Source: Malacoraja senta (lineage: Eukaryota). From it: DNA of 64,000 nt. The stretch's first letter is position 1, and every line of letters begins with the position of its first letter. The notes under the pieces were generated by a model. That model made no database searches. It had not been told where the DNA came from and saw nothing but the letters and a program-made list of their open reading frames with translations. The translations under genes and the position numbers were made by a program. Positions 23,696 through 36,099 of the stretch are shown one piece after another. The stretch lies in the NCBI GenBank assembly GCA_038087875.1, contig CM075996.1, positions 2,234,001 to 2,298,000 on the forward strand. The letters run 5' to 3'.

Positions 23696-23804
23696 TGACG
23701 CGCAGGCGCACTGACGGGCTTCTTCACGTAATCACCTACGTAACTCCTCATAAAATAAAGATCAAACTTCAAACTTAGGTAAGTTCTCGTTTAATCTTAC
23801 TATT
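23696..23804 (+). repeat. DIRS right ITR plus right extension
   Basis: ITR 23696-23730; extension to 23804 complementary to the ICR. Confidence 0.95.
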
Positions 23805-24189
23805 CATCATTAATTATTGGGAAGTCTTGATTACATGAGATGATAAGGAGATTTCTATTCATTTTAACTATTTTAAAATCCTGGATTTAACGGAAAGGAG
23901 TAACAAGTCAAGAGTCAAGATGTTTGATCGTGATATGTACTGAAATGGAATAATGAAATTCTTACTTGCAGCAGCATGGCAGGTTTGTAAACACAGTGTC
24001 AGACACAAAATGCTGGAGTAACTCAGCAGGACACGCAGCATCTCTGCAGAGAATGAATGGGTGATGTTTTGGGTCGAGCCTCTTCTTCAATACTCAATAG
24101 ATAATATAATAAACAAACATAAAGAAAATAAGTTCAATAAATGGAAAAAATAATAATATTATGCAAAAAACCCCAAAGTCTAATTCCTT

Positions 24190-24450
24190 AGTGCATTCAA
24201 GGCAGTTCGTAGTTTGGAGATTAGTTGGAGTTTGTGGTATTTAATAGCCTGATGGCTGTGGGGAAGTAGCTGTTCCTGAACCTGAACGTTACAGTTTTCA
24301 GGTTCCTGTACCTTCTTCCCGATGGCAGGAGTGAAATGAGAGTGTGGTCAGAGTGGTGTGGGTCTCTGACGATGCTGGCTGCATCTTTGAGGCAGCGACT
24401 CCTGTAGATCCCTTTGATGGTGGGGAGGTCAGTACCTGTGATGGACCGGG
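24190..24450 (-). mobile_element. Rex1-like LINE 3' fragment
   Basis: ITGTDLPTIKGIYRSRCLKDAASIVRDPHHSDHTLISLLPSGRRYRNLKTVTFRFRNSYFPTAIRLLN. Confidence 0.85.
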
Positions 24451-24879
24451 GCTCTGACAGTGCAGCACTCCATTGGTACTGCACAGGAGTGCCTTCGGTT
24501 AGGGACTCATAGCTCTGTCACGGGATTTGAACCTACAGATTCAGAGCATGAACAGCCCCACTGCAGATGGAGGAAATTATCTAGGGGCCACGTGTACAAC
24601 AGCAGTTCTCAGCTTTAATTGCACTAATTTCTTCCTCTTACATGTCTCGAGAGTAGGATTAGTAAAATTCTTAGTTGGATATCTTAGAAGGGTGTTTATG
24701 ATCTCAATGCAGGATAAATAACTTTACTCAGGATCAAAACAACGTTACATAATGGAGCTACCAGACTGCAAACATGTCTGATGCTTTTACTTAAAGTGAT
24801 ATTTCTAACTCACTTGTAACTCTGTGTCCATCTTCTTGAACTCCAAAGTACCACATGGTCAATGAAGAACCTTTTGAAG

Positions 24880-25286
24880 TGTTGAAGGGGGATCTTATAG
24901 AAACTTACAAAATTCTTAAGGGGTTGGACAGGCTAGATGCAGGAAGATTGTTCCTGATGTTGGGGAAGTCCAGAACAAGGGATCACAGTTTAAGGATAAC
25001 GGGGGAGTCTTTTAGGACCGAGATGAGAAAATCATTTTTTACACAGAGAGTGGTGAATCTGTGGAATTCTCTGCCACAGAAAGTAGTTGAGGCCAGTTCA
25101 TTGGCTATATTTAAGAGGGAGTTAGATGTGGCCCTTGTGGCTGAAGGGATCAGGGGGTATGGAGAGAAGGCAGGTACAGGATACTGAGTTGGATGATCAG
25201 CCATGATCATATTGAATGGTGGTGCAGGCTCGAAGGGCCGAATGGCCTACTCCTGCACCTATTTTCTATGTTTCTATGTTTCTATG
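24880..25286 (+). mobile_element. Young CR1 3' fragment
   Basis: LKGDLIETYKILKGLDRLDAGRLF..TQRVVNLWNSLPQKVVEA; (TTCTATGT)n tail; closely similar to 49408-49810. Confidence 0.95.
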
Positions 25287-25439
25287 TTGTTCAAAACTGT
25301 GGACATTAAATATTGCCACAGCTGGTAGACCTACTGGCTCACACTGCCAAAGACCCAGGTTCACTCCTGACAAGTGCACGTTTGCACATTCTCCCTGTGG
25401 CTGTGTGGGATTCCACCAGTTGCTAACTTGTCCAATCTG

Positions 25440-25700
25440 ACCAAGCTACCCCCTCTCCACTAGTCCCACCTGTCTGAGTTTGGCCTCTATCCTGCTAAAC
25501 CTTTCCAATCTATGTACATGTCTTAATATCTTTTCAATATTGCTATAGTATCTGACTCAACTACCTCTTCTGGCAACTCGTTCCAGACACCCACTGCCCT
25601 CTGTGTGAAAAAATTGTCCCTCAGGTTCCTATTAAATCTATCCCCTCTCACCTCAAACCTATGTCCTCCGATTCTTGATTCCTCTTCTCTGGGTAAAATA
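25440..25700 (-). mobile_element. CR1/HER1 3' fragment
   Basis: Homologous to 480-730. Confidence 0.8.
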
Positions 25701-26654
25701 CATTCGCTCTCTCCATTCGCCTTTGTTTGGGAGGACAGAAGTACCTCAGTTTAATATCCCATTCAAAGCACAGAAACTCAACAGAAGGAGGTGACTGTAA
25801 CAGGTTCATGCGTTGGCATTGATTTGATGCTGAAAGTTTACTTCAACTATACATTGGCCCAACTGACATAAAGGACCAGCTGTAAATACTCACACTACAT
25901 CATTACAGGCTGCATGTGGTGTGGGTATTTAATGATCCTTTTGGTAACTGCATACATTTATGGATATTCCCTCAATACAGTTGAGATGAGTATTTTCTAA
26001 AATTAATGTGTCAGCTGACATGAGTCTGACTTTAAGGCTGGAGTGCACTTGAACCCATAATCTTCATGTTCATTTATTTATCGCTCTCATATTTTCTTGC
26101 AATATAAGAGGCCTTTTGACCCGTTGGGGCCATGCTAGCTCTCAAATCATTTCTCTCTCTCATGCACATTGATTTTGCCCTGATTCTCCCACCGCTTTGG
26201 GGGGAAATCAAAGTATTCGGTGAAAACACATTTCGTCACAGGAAGAACATGCAAACTCCTCACAGACAGCATCTAAGGACAGGATCAAACCCAAATAGAG
26301 TCGTAGAGTCATTCAGCAGAGACAGGCCCTTCAGCCCACCATTAACGCCCACTGCCACTAATGCTACGCTAATTCCATTTTATTTTCCCCACAGATTCTA
26401 ACACTGACCTATGGCAGCAGTTTACAACAGCCAATTAACCCAACAATCTGTACATCTTTACGACGGAGGAGGATCCCGCAGCACCTGGCAAAGCCTATGT
26501 CACAGGAAAAACTTGCGAACTGCACACAGACAGCAGCAGAGGTTAGGATTAAACCCGGGGATAAGGGAAGGGGGCGTGAGACATCTGCACTACCCGCTGC
26601 TGCAATCCCAGCAAATGAATGTTTACGCTTACTGAATTACAGGAGTAACCTATA

Positions 26655-26925
26655 CAGTGGCGCGGGTGGTAGCGCTGCTGCCTCACAGCGTCAAAGACCT
26701 GGGTTCCACCCTGACGTCGGGTGCTGTCTGTGCTTAATTTGCATGTTCTCCCTGTGACCACGTGGGTATCCTCTGGGTGATCTGGTTTCCCCCTACTTCC
26801 CAAAGATGTGCGGGTTTGTAGATTATTTGCCCCTGAGTGTATAGGTAGTGGGTACAAAAGTTGGATAACATAGAACTGGTGTGAACGGATGGTCAGTCTT
26901 TCCATGCTACATCTCTAAACTAAAC
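26655..26925 (+). mobile_element. HE1-like V-SINE
   Basis: Head, V-domain (TTTGCATGTTCTCCCTGTGACCACGTGGG) and CTCTAAACTAAAC tail. Confidence 0.88.
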
Positions 26926-27129
26926 AGTGCGTCACACGGTAAACCCATCTGCCACTTCTTGTTTAGTCTGGGTTTTCATTGACTCGTAAAAGATTTATGA
27001 CCACTCAAGGTTGCCTCCCTGACCCCATCAAGAGAATTCCTCCTCTGGGCATCTCCATGGTGTGGCTGTGGCTGCTGCCTGAAACTCTCACGTTTCTTCC
27101 CCTTCTCTTCACTGTGCCACACCTGGATG

Positions 27130-27455
27130 CACACCCATTTCTCCCACTGTCCAGCCCACTTTTTTCCTTTCCCCAGTCCCCTTCCTCTGGCTTCACATTT
27201 TATGTATCTTCTCTCCTTACCTCACAGCCTTTTGTCTTCTTTTCATCTCTGTCCTTTGTCCACCCATCAGGCCACCTCCCCTGTATCCACCTGTCACTTG
27301 CTAGACTTTATTCTGCCCCATCACTCTTCCAGCTTTCACTCCCTGACTACAATTCGTCTGAAGAAAGATCCCAACTAGAAACATTGCCTATTCATGTCCA
27401 CCAGAGATGCTGCTCGCCCCACTGAGTTACTTCAGCACTTTATGTTTTGTTTTTT
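27130..27455 (+). mobile_element. Penelope 3' UTR/pLTR
   Basis: Homologous to 15420-15700; ends GTCTGAAGAAAGATCCCAACTAGAAACATTGCC...AGATGCTGC. Confidence 0.7.
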
Positions 27456-27849
27456 TCAAATCAGTTGGGGCCAGTTATTGTATCTGCTGTTTCAGACAAC
27501 CTGGGACTTGGACACATCCTGATCTTGGCCACTATCTGTGTGAAGTTTGCATGTTCTCCATGACCAGGTGGCTTTCCTCCCTCATCCCAAACATGTGCAG
27601 GTTGGTCAGTTGACTGGTCTACCATCGGCATGAGTAGGAAAGATTTAGAGGGATACAGGCCAAATGGGACTGCCTTATATAGGTTATCTTGGTCTGCATG
27701 GGCCAGTTTGGCCAAAGTAACAGCTTCTGTGCCATATGACTCTATGACATTGGAAATTGCTCAAATGCAGGACGGTGGTGGGAGAATCGCAGGGAGTTGA
27801 TGGGAATGTGGGAGAAGGAAATAGATAAGCAATTACATAGTTCCCTGAA

Positions 27850-28405
27850 AGTGGTGACACAGGTATGCTGGGAGGTGACAAAGGCGCTTGGCACGCTTGG
27901 CTTCATCAGACAGGGCAATGAGTACAATAGTTGGACGTCATGTTTCAGCCGTACAAGATGTTGATGGGACTGCACTTGGAAGTATCGTGCGCTGTTCAGT
28001 TCTGGTCGCCCAGCTGTAGGAAGGGTGTGATTAAACTGGAAAGGATGCAGAAAACGTTTACAAGAATGGAGGGCTTGAGTTATAAGGAAAGGCTGGAGAA
28101 GCTGTAATATTTCCCCCTGGAGTACAGAAAGTTGTGGGGTGATTTTATATAGAATGTAAAAACCTAAGGAGCATAGACAGATGTATGGTCACAATCTGTT
28201 TCTTAGGGTAGGTTAAACTGGAGGGAATAGGTTTAAGGTGAGTGGAGCAAGATTTAAAGTAGTTTCGAGGGGAATGGTTATCCCACAGAGTGTATGGAAC
28301 AAACTGCCAGAGGAAGTGGTAGAGGCAGATACGATTACAATGTTTAAAATACATTTAGACAGGTACGTAGATAGGAAAGGCTTAGAGGGATATGGGCCAA
28401 GCATT
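27850..28405 (+). mobile_element. Diverged CR1 ORF2 3' fragment
   Basis: CAGTTCTGGTCGCCCAGCTGTAGGAAGG (QFWSP..RK) through GACAGGTACGTAGATAGGAAAGGCTTAGAGGGATATGGGCC. Confidence 0.85.
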
Positions 28406-28474
28406 GGTTAATGGAAGGTACACAAAAATGCTGGAGAAACTCAGCGGGTGCAGCAGCATCTATGGAGCGAAGGA

Positions 28475-28513
28475 AATAGGCAACGTTTCGGGCCGAAACC
28501 CTTCTTCAGACTG
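28475..28513 (-). ncRNA. Candidate minimal hammerhead ribozyme in a Penelope pLTR
   Basis: Minus strand CAGU-CUGAAGA-A-GGGU-UUCG-GCCC-GAAAC-GUU-GCCU: CUGANGA box, stem II with UUCG loop, GAAA box, palindromic ACGU in place of helix III. Confidence 0.6.
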
Positions 28514-28579
28514 ATAGGGGGTGGGGAGAAGAAAGGAAAAAAGGAAAAGCATGGTTAATGGATGCTGCCTGACCTGCTG

Positions 28580-28743
28580 AAATTGGAGAGTACAATGTTC
28601 ATACCATTGGGATGTAAGTTATCCAAGTGGAATAAGAGGTGCTGTTCCTCCAGTTTATGTGTGGCCCTGGTCAGGCAGTGGAGGAGACCCAGGACAGACA
28701 AGTCGGTATGGGAATGGGAAGAGGTGTTAAAATAGCAAGCAAC
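28580..28743 (-). mobile_element. Penelope-like ORF C-terminus (GIY-YIG endonuclease end)
   Basis: VACYFNTSSHSHTDLSVLGLLHCLTRATHKLEEQHLLFHLDNLHPNGMNIVLSNF. Confidence 0.85.
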
Positions 28744-29615
28744 AGGGAGATGCAGCTAGCCCTCCCTGGTGGACAGAGGGCAAGCAGTTGCCTGATCTAT
28801 TCTAGATCTTGCCGATACATTGGCTGCTTCATAATTTAATAACCTTTTGGCTGATAGAAGACCTCACTGCACAACTTTTATATCTACTAACATATTCAAA
28901 TAATGAAACTCTATCGATCGCATATATATCATTGACATTTGTCATGGTCTCCATTGCTGTTTGAGGAAGTAGTTTATTTACTGCTTGATTATTTGTAACA
29001 TTATATGGTCAGAGGTCTGGCAGTTCATGCGTTGTCAGACAGACAGTAGCAGAGACTGATACTGTTCATAAGCTTTGCATTAGTGGAAATATTTCGGTAG
29101 CTCAATCAGCCTAAATAGCCGCAGGCATTTCCTGCATGCTGGAGCCAAGTCCTTGCAAGGGTCCTGGAATACATTTCCCGAGGTCAGAGCTCCGCTGAAG
29201 ATATGTATACATCGAGGTTTTTTTGTGAACCGGGACAAGCATGGGGACCAATTGCAGAAGCAATGGGAAAGATAAAAACATCAGAAATAGGAGTCGGCCA
29301 TTCAGTCCCTCAAGCCTGGTCTGCCGTTCAGTTCAATCGTGGCTGACCTGTACATTTCTCCTGCACTAGCTCCATATCTCTTGGTTCCCTCAGCATCTAA
29401 AAATTTAGCCATCTCATATCCTGCTTGGGTAGCTGAATATCTTCAGTTATGGAGCCGCTTGCATTGCATCCACCCTCTGGAATCTTGGAAATTCTTCCCA
29501 TCTCCAAGCTAATTGAGCAACATGATTTTGATGCCATGACCTCCTGCTTTAGATACCCCAGCAAGGGGAAACATCAACTCTCGTGTCAACTTTATCAAGT
29601 CCTGCAAGAATGATC

Positions 29616-30049
29616 TGTGTGTGTGTGTGTGTGCGCGCGTGTATGTGCGTGTGTTTGTGTGGGGGGGGGGGGGTGCGTGAGTGCATGATTCCGGGTATGA
29701 GACAGTTGGGTGTGTATGCATGAGGGATTATCAAATATCTGTACACTGTGGACGGCTCGATGGTAATCGTGTATTGTCTTTCCGCTGACTGGTTACCACG
29801 CAACAAAAGCTTTTCACTGTACCTCGGTACACGTGACAATAAAATAAACTGAATTATGGGTGTGTTTTGTTTGTGTGTGTGTATATGTGAGCATTTGAGT
29901 ATTGAGTATGCATGTGTGAGATTGTATGATTTGCTAGTACGTCAGAGTATTTATGTCTTGTGTGGTAGTATTTGTGAATGTGTGCAAGTGTCTCTTAATA
30001 CTTATGTGAGAGTGATGTATGGTTTTTCACATTCATGTCAGTGTCTGTG

Positions 30050-30084
<35 letters not shown>

Positions 30085-30452
30085 AGATTTTATTGTCATT
30101 TGAACCTCAAAGAGGCTCAAACGAAATTCCATTTCCACAGCCTATATATGAGCACGTGAGTGCCTATATATAAGCATGTGTATCTGTCTTTGTGTGTGAG
30201 ACAATAAGCTTGCCCATGTGAGTATGTGTATGTGAGTGTACATGTGTATGACTGTATTTGTGAGTGTGTGTGAATATGCTTGTGCAGGAATGTGTGTGTA
30301 AGAGTGTCTATGTGAGTGTGCCTGTGGGGGGGGGGGGGTATGTGTGTTTGAGTGTGCATGTGTGAGTGTGCCTGCAAGTATCTGTAAGAATGTGTGCATG
30401 AAAATGTGAGTATGTGTGTGTTAGAGATAGTGTATATGTTTGTGTGTGTGTA
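29616..30452 (+). repeat. Degenerate (GT)n tract with (GATT)n at ~30051-30084 and a Rex1 3' UTR at ~29735-29853
   Basis: Direct reading. Confidence 0.85.
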
Positions 30453-30649
30453 TATACGAATACTGGTTTCTTTCAGGTATGATTCACCCTTTACAACAAA
30501 CCCAAAGTCTCCCCCCTAGGAAGTGGCATCTTCCACATGGTCAGTGTTCATCTGCCTCAGGACAGGGTGTTTTTTTTAACATCCTCGTGCAATGTGACGT
30601 CGACCACAGAACTCCATCTCACTGCATCGACCAGTCCCAGTTGGATAAA

Positions 30650-30902
30650 TATAAGATTGGAATTGTTAAAAGAAAAGTAACTTCTGTGACAATGACCAGA
30701 CCACTGAGTTGTTGTACACAGTTTAGTTCACCCATGCCCTTCAGGGAAGGGAAGCTGCTCCTCCTACCTGGTCTGGGCGATACATGACTCCAGCGCACAG
30801 CAGTGCCGTCGTTTCTTCACTACAAAGAGCAATTGCACTCACATCGATGTGGGTAGTGGCAGAGGGTGTTAAATGCTGGTGATATCCACATCCAGTGATT
30901 AA
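30650..30902 (+). mobile_element. Old SINE-like repeat (related inverse copy at ~52320-52565)
   Basis: CCCTTCAGGGAAGGGAAGCTGC..CCTACCTGGTCTGG..ACATGACTCCAG; the other locus has TTCCTTTCCCTGAAGGATG on +. Confidence 0.5.
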
Positions 30903-31009
30903 ACTGAAGAACACAACATGTCCTGTCAGGTTCGACACACGATTTCCAGATTAATCCCTCCGATTTGCAAATTTACAGCATCCAATTATCCCTTTATGAA
31001 AGAGTAGAT

Positions 31010-31730
31010 ATAAGGAAGGAACTGCAGATGCTGGTGTATCAAAAAAAAAGATGCAAAGTGTTGGAGTTACTCAGCGGGTCAGGCAGCATCTCTGGAGAAC
31101 ATGGATAGGCGATGTTTGGGGTCGGGACCCTTTTTTAGACTGATTGTAGAGGGGAGAAGAGAAAGTTGGAAGAGAGGGGGAGCGGGACAAAATCTAGCAA
31201 GTGATCGGTGGATACAGGAAAGGGAGATTTTTGATTGGCAGATGGTGGACAAAGTTTAGTTTTCATTTAGTTTAGAGATACAGCGCGTCCTCCACAGGCC
31301 CTTCGGTTCACCGCGTTCACACTGACCAGCAATACCCGCATATTAACACTATCCTGCACACACTAGGGACAAATTAAATTTATACCAAGCCAATTAACAT
31401 ACAAACCTGTACGTCTTTGGAGTGTGGGAGGAAACCGGAGCACCCAGAGGAAACCCACACGGTCACAGGGAGAAAGTATAAACTCCGCACAGACAGCACC
31501 CATGGTCAGGATCGAACCCGGGTCTCTGGCGCTGTAAGGCAAGAACTCTACCGCTGTACCACCGTGCCGCCCACGGCCAAAGGCCAGAGATGAAAAAACA
31601 AAACGTCTCTTCCAGCTTTCTTCCTCCCTACAATCAGTCTGAAAAAGGGTCTCAACCCAAAATGTTACCTATCCATTCTCCGGAGATGCTGCCTGACCCG
31701 CTGAGTTACTCCAGCACTTTGTGTCTTTCA
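31010..31730. mobile_element. Inverted Penelope pLTR pair with a V-SINE (31255-31572, -) inserted
   Basis: Inverse pLTR 31010-31250, SINE, then forward pLTR 31608-31730. Confidence 0.8.
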
Positions 31731-33759
31731 AAAAAAAAATTATGGAAGTTGCCATTGAATCTCCTCCGAGTGTAATTCAACCAAAAGCTCACTGTCAAAA
31801 AAATAAACTTTCCATACAGAATCACAGATATGTACAGCACAGAAACAGGCCCTCAGCCCACCATGTCCACTCCGGTCATTATATATTCTGGTCACATTTT
31901 ATCCGTAGACCTTCAAATTCTTGGCAATTCAAGTGATTGCCTGAAAACTTCTTAAATGTTATGCGAGTTGGCTAGATCACCTGTCTCCAACTCATTTGCC
32001 AGATGCCTTCAAGTATTTTTTTAAATTCATGATTCATTCCAGGGAATTATGTATCATTGATATGGTTGGTTGGTTTTCATTGATATGGTATATTGCCCAT
32101 TATTCATTATCTTTGAACTGAATGGCTCGCTCATCATGGAAAGTCATTCGGCGGCCCAACTCGTTCACGCTGACCAAGATGCCCCATCCAAGCAGGTCTC
32201 ATTTGGACTCATTTACCCGCCCCTGGCACATATTTCTCTAAACCTTTCTTAGTCATGTACCTGTCCAGAAGTCTTTTAAATGTCCATTTCAGAGGGAGTG
32301 TCAATCATAAGAAATCATAAGAAAATTACAGATGTTGTAAATCTGAAGTTCCAATGCAAAATGTTGGAAATATCCAGCAGATCAGGCAGCATCAGTTGAG
32401 AGAGAGAAGGTATCAATGTCTCAAGTTGATGACTATTCATCAGACCATAAATATTGAGGGGAAATAGAGGACCAGAGGCAAGCTCTATGAAAGGGTGTGA
32501 TACAGAATAGATTCAATAATGAATAGGGTGATGCTGTGAAGTAAAAAATGTCTAAAAGTCGTGAAAATGCAGAATTGTTCTCTGGAATTACCAAAGGAGA
32601 TTGGAGAATAAAAATGGTAGGAAACTGGAGTTAGGAGTCGCACCTGTGGACAGTTCCAATGTTGTTTAGTTCCAAAGCTTTGTTGGTTAATTTTTATTGC
32701 AATAAAATCCAGTATAGTGTAGCTCTGGCTTCCTGCAGCCTAGTTTCAGTTTGTTGCAGTTCTAGTGCAGTGCAGTTCCAGTTTAGTGCGTTTCCAATGC
32801 ACATTCCCAATCCCATCCGTTTTTGGTGCAGTTGACTTCCTGAATAGTATGCTTCCAGTACAGTACTCCACCTGGCTATTACAGCTTCTTCTCTTCTTCC
32901 CCTCTGTTATCAGGCTTCTGAAAGGTCCTTCCTTAAGTTAGGGTATTGTCCGATTCACCTCTACCCCACTGCAGACATGACTTTGTTTTTGGTACTGATA
33001 CACTACAATGCTGAGAACTGTTTTTGACGCCTTCGTTGTATCTATTATACTTGAGTTTGACTTGATTTTATTTATGTATAGTATATTTGATCAGTTTGGA
33101 TAGCACGCAGTCTAAAGTTTAAACAATGCTTTTCACTGTAATTTGGTATGACAATAATCAACCTAAACTTATTTTCAAAATATTGGATTTACTGTGTAGT
33201 GCAATCCAAATATAACATAGTCCCAATATAATACCAGCATTGTTCCATTTCCACTGCAATGTATTTGCCATTCAGGCAAGTTTCAATGCAATGCATTTCA
33301 GTGTCATGAAGAGCATTGCAGGGACCATACAGTGACATTTATCTTCACTAAAACAAACATCTGTGTCCAGGGTTATGAATTTCCAATGTTACATAATTCT
33401 CTCATCTTCCAAAAAAAAAGTATACTTTTGCATTCCAATCAGCAAGAGAGATTCTAAGGAGCAGCTTGCTGTAATTTCCTGGCATGTTGTGGATTTGACC
33501 TGGAGATCAGCGCAAGTGGAAACATGACCAAGAAACATCTGCAGCTGGGGTTGTTTCCAGATTAACTAAAATTGCAGGAGGTAATAATTGCTGGATTAAA
33601 CACAATTATAGACATCTATAAAATGTAACAGTCGGCTCTTAACCTACTCCATCCACTATCAGAGCCTCAGCATGTTTAAGTTCCTTCCTGGCCCATCTGC
33701 AGCGTAGATTTAATTATTGTTGATCTTCTGTCTGCTCTCTCCAACACATCAGGATATTT

Positions 33760-34146
33760 TCCTTGGGCAGCTTACAACCCAACAGCAGGATTTTGATTTC
33801 TCTAACTTCAAGTAACCCTTGCATTCCCTCTCTCTCTCTGTCCCTCCCCCACCCTAGTACTCCTGCTTATTTCACCATTTTGTATCCCTTTGTTATCACC
33901 TCATCCGCAGTCAACAATACACCATTGTGGGCTCCACCTTCCCTGAGTCATTGATGCAGGCTCTGCTTTGTTCCGTGCCTTCTCATGCTTCTGGTTTCTC
34001 CCTCCCTGACTCTCAGTCTGATGAAGGGTCTCGACCCAAAACATCACCAATTCCTTTTCTCCAGAGATGCTGCCTGACCCGCTGAATTACTCCAACATCT
34101 TGTGTCTTTCTTTGGTGTAATCCAGCATCTGCAGATCCTTCTTCTA
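33760..34146 (+). mobile_element. Penelope ORF end + 3' UTR + pLTR with CTGATGA core
   Basis: LGSLQPNS..DFSNFK* (frameshifted), then CAGTCTGATGAAGGGTCTCGACCCAAAACATC and CCAGCATCTGCAG end; physically links the abundant repeat to the PLE ORF. Confidence 0.85.
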
Positions 34147-34440
34147 CATCAGGACATGCCACATATTCCATCCCCAGCTGTTAGGTCCAAGAAAGAGTGC
34201 AGGACAGATCTCAGGTTGAGGGATTTCAGCTCCAAGATTGGACTGGAGAAGACCGATTGAGAATTGATAGAGGTGTAGAAGACCACGAGTGGCTTTGTGT
34301 GCTATCCAATCAAACCTTATAAAACTACACATACTATAAATACAATCTAGCTGAACTCAAGTACTAAAGATAGAGCAAAGACAAAATTAGAGTGCAGAAT
34401 ATAGTTCTCAGGACTGCAACGTAACAGTTTCAAAGAAAAT

Positions 34441-34665
34441 GTCCCAGCTACACTAGTCCCACCTGCCTGCGTTTGGTCCATATCCCTCCAAACCTGTCCT
34501 ATCCATGTACCTGTCTAACTGTTTCTTAAATGTTGGGATAGTCCCTGCTTCAACTACCTCCTCTGGCAGCTTGTTCCATACACCCACCACCCTTTGTGTG
34601 AAAACGTTACCCCTCAGATTCCTATCAAATCTTTTCCCCTTCACCTTAAACCTATGTCCTCTGGA
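34441..34665 (-). mobile_element. CR1/HER1 fragment
   Basis: RGHRFKVKGKRFDRNLRGNVFTQRVVGVWNKLPEEVVEAGTIPTFKKQLDRYMD. Confidence 0.92.
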
Positions 34666-36099
34666 CTTTTGAAAGGAGGTTTTACAAGCACAAGGAAGAA
34701 TAATATGGAAGAAATAACTGCCAAATGGGACTGGATACAAAATAGTCAAGAGTGTTTTATTGTCATATGTCCCAGATAGAACAATTATATTTTTATTTGG
34801 GACATATGACTATAAAACACTCTTGACTCGATTTGTGGGAAATGACCATTTGTAGTTACTTCGTTCAGAGTTACCAGCAAGGTGAGAGAATGCAAATGGA
34901 GAACTAGGAAATAGTACCTAGTAGAAGAAAAGCCAGAAATAAAAGCAGGAAATGCCAGAAACACTCAGTTGATCAGGCAGCATCTGTGGAGAGAGAAACA
35001 TTTAGGTTCCAGGTCCAGGAACCTTTGTCAGAATTTGGAAAGGAAAAAAAAAAACAAGTCCGTTTTCTGTTTTCTGGAGAGGTGAAGGTTGGAGAGGTTT
35101 GCATAGAACAGGGGAATCGTGTGGTCACAAAACAGAAAAGCTACATTAAACTTAAGAAGGAATTTAAGAACCTTTGTTAAAGTACAGTGTACCCTTCATG
35201 TCTCAATATATCAGAGAGGTACAGAAGCACTAGAAAAAATATATAAAGAACGTTCAAGTCTTTTACCAGAATTCAGATGCCAACTTCTCTCTGCAAAACA
35301 GGTATAGGATACATATACATCCTTTTCTAGTTCCATGGACACACTGGCATCTTCTAGCTCCAAGTTACAAACGATTACAGTGAGGGTTCGGTGAGAGAGA
35401 GGTCAACCAATAAAGGGGCAATTATATTGAGGCTGTGATCATTATCTTGTCTCACCACCTGCGTTAGGACAGGATCAAAGAGCAATGCTTGAAGGCATAT
35501 AATGTGTTTGCTATTTGAATGCAATAAGTTGATGGACAGGCCACTGTTAAAACAACCAGGTAGATGAATTTCACTTGAATGTAAAAAGGGTCCAGCTGGA
35601 GTTTCCACAACTGTATTTGGATACCACGACTTTCCTTATCATTATTCCACAGGGCCAATCCTGGAAGTGATGTGGAATTCTTTGCTGGCTGTTTTCCTTC
35701 CAACTTTTAGAAGGAAAACAAAGGCTAAGAATAGTATTTCTTTCTTTGACATTGTTTCCCCACTTCTTGAAAGAATAGACTAGTTTCCGTCAACAGTATA
35801 CCGACCTTGCAGCCTCACAGGCCATGATGTGTGGTTATAAATACCATGAACAGGAGTGTGTTACTGACTTCCAAATGTTAACTCATTCATCCTGTGGCCC
35901 AGTCATTGTCCAGCTGATGGGGTGAGGTGTGCGCAGTTGGGATACGTACGTGCATGGTGAAAGAGCTATTCAGAAATGTGTCAGAAATGGCAAGATCCAA
36001 TATTCTCACCCAAGAAACTATCCTTTTCCCCAAGTCAAGAGTTTCCATCCTTGACATTAAGGGGACTCATCGATTCATGCCCATGTCACTTGCTATTGT

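Larger units (their letters stand above)
19043..23804 (+). mobile_element. Full-length DIRS1-group tyrosine-recombinase retrotransposon, coding-defective
   Basis: gag/RT/RNase H/methylase/YR order; inverted terminal repeats; internal complementary region matching both ends. Confidence 0.96.

Noticed and set aside
29856..30399. His/Thr- or Cys/Val-rich ORFs
   Set aside because: Translations of (GT)n/(CA)n low-complexity sequence
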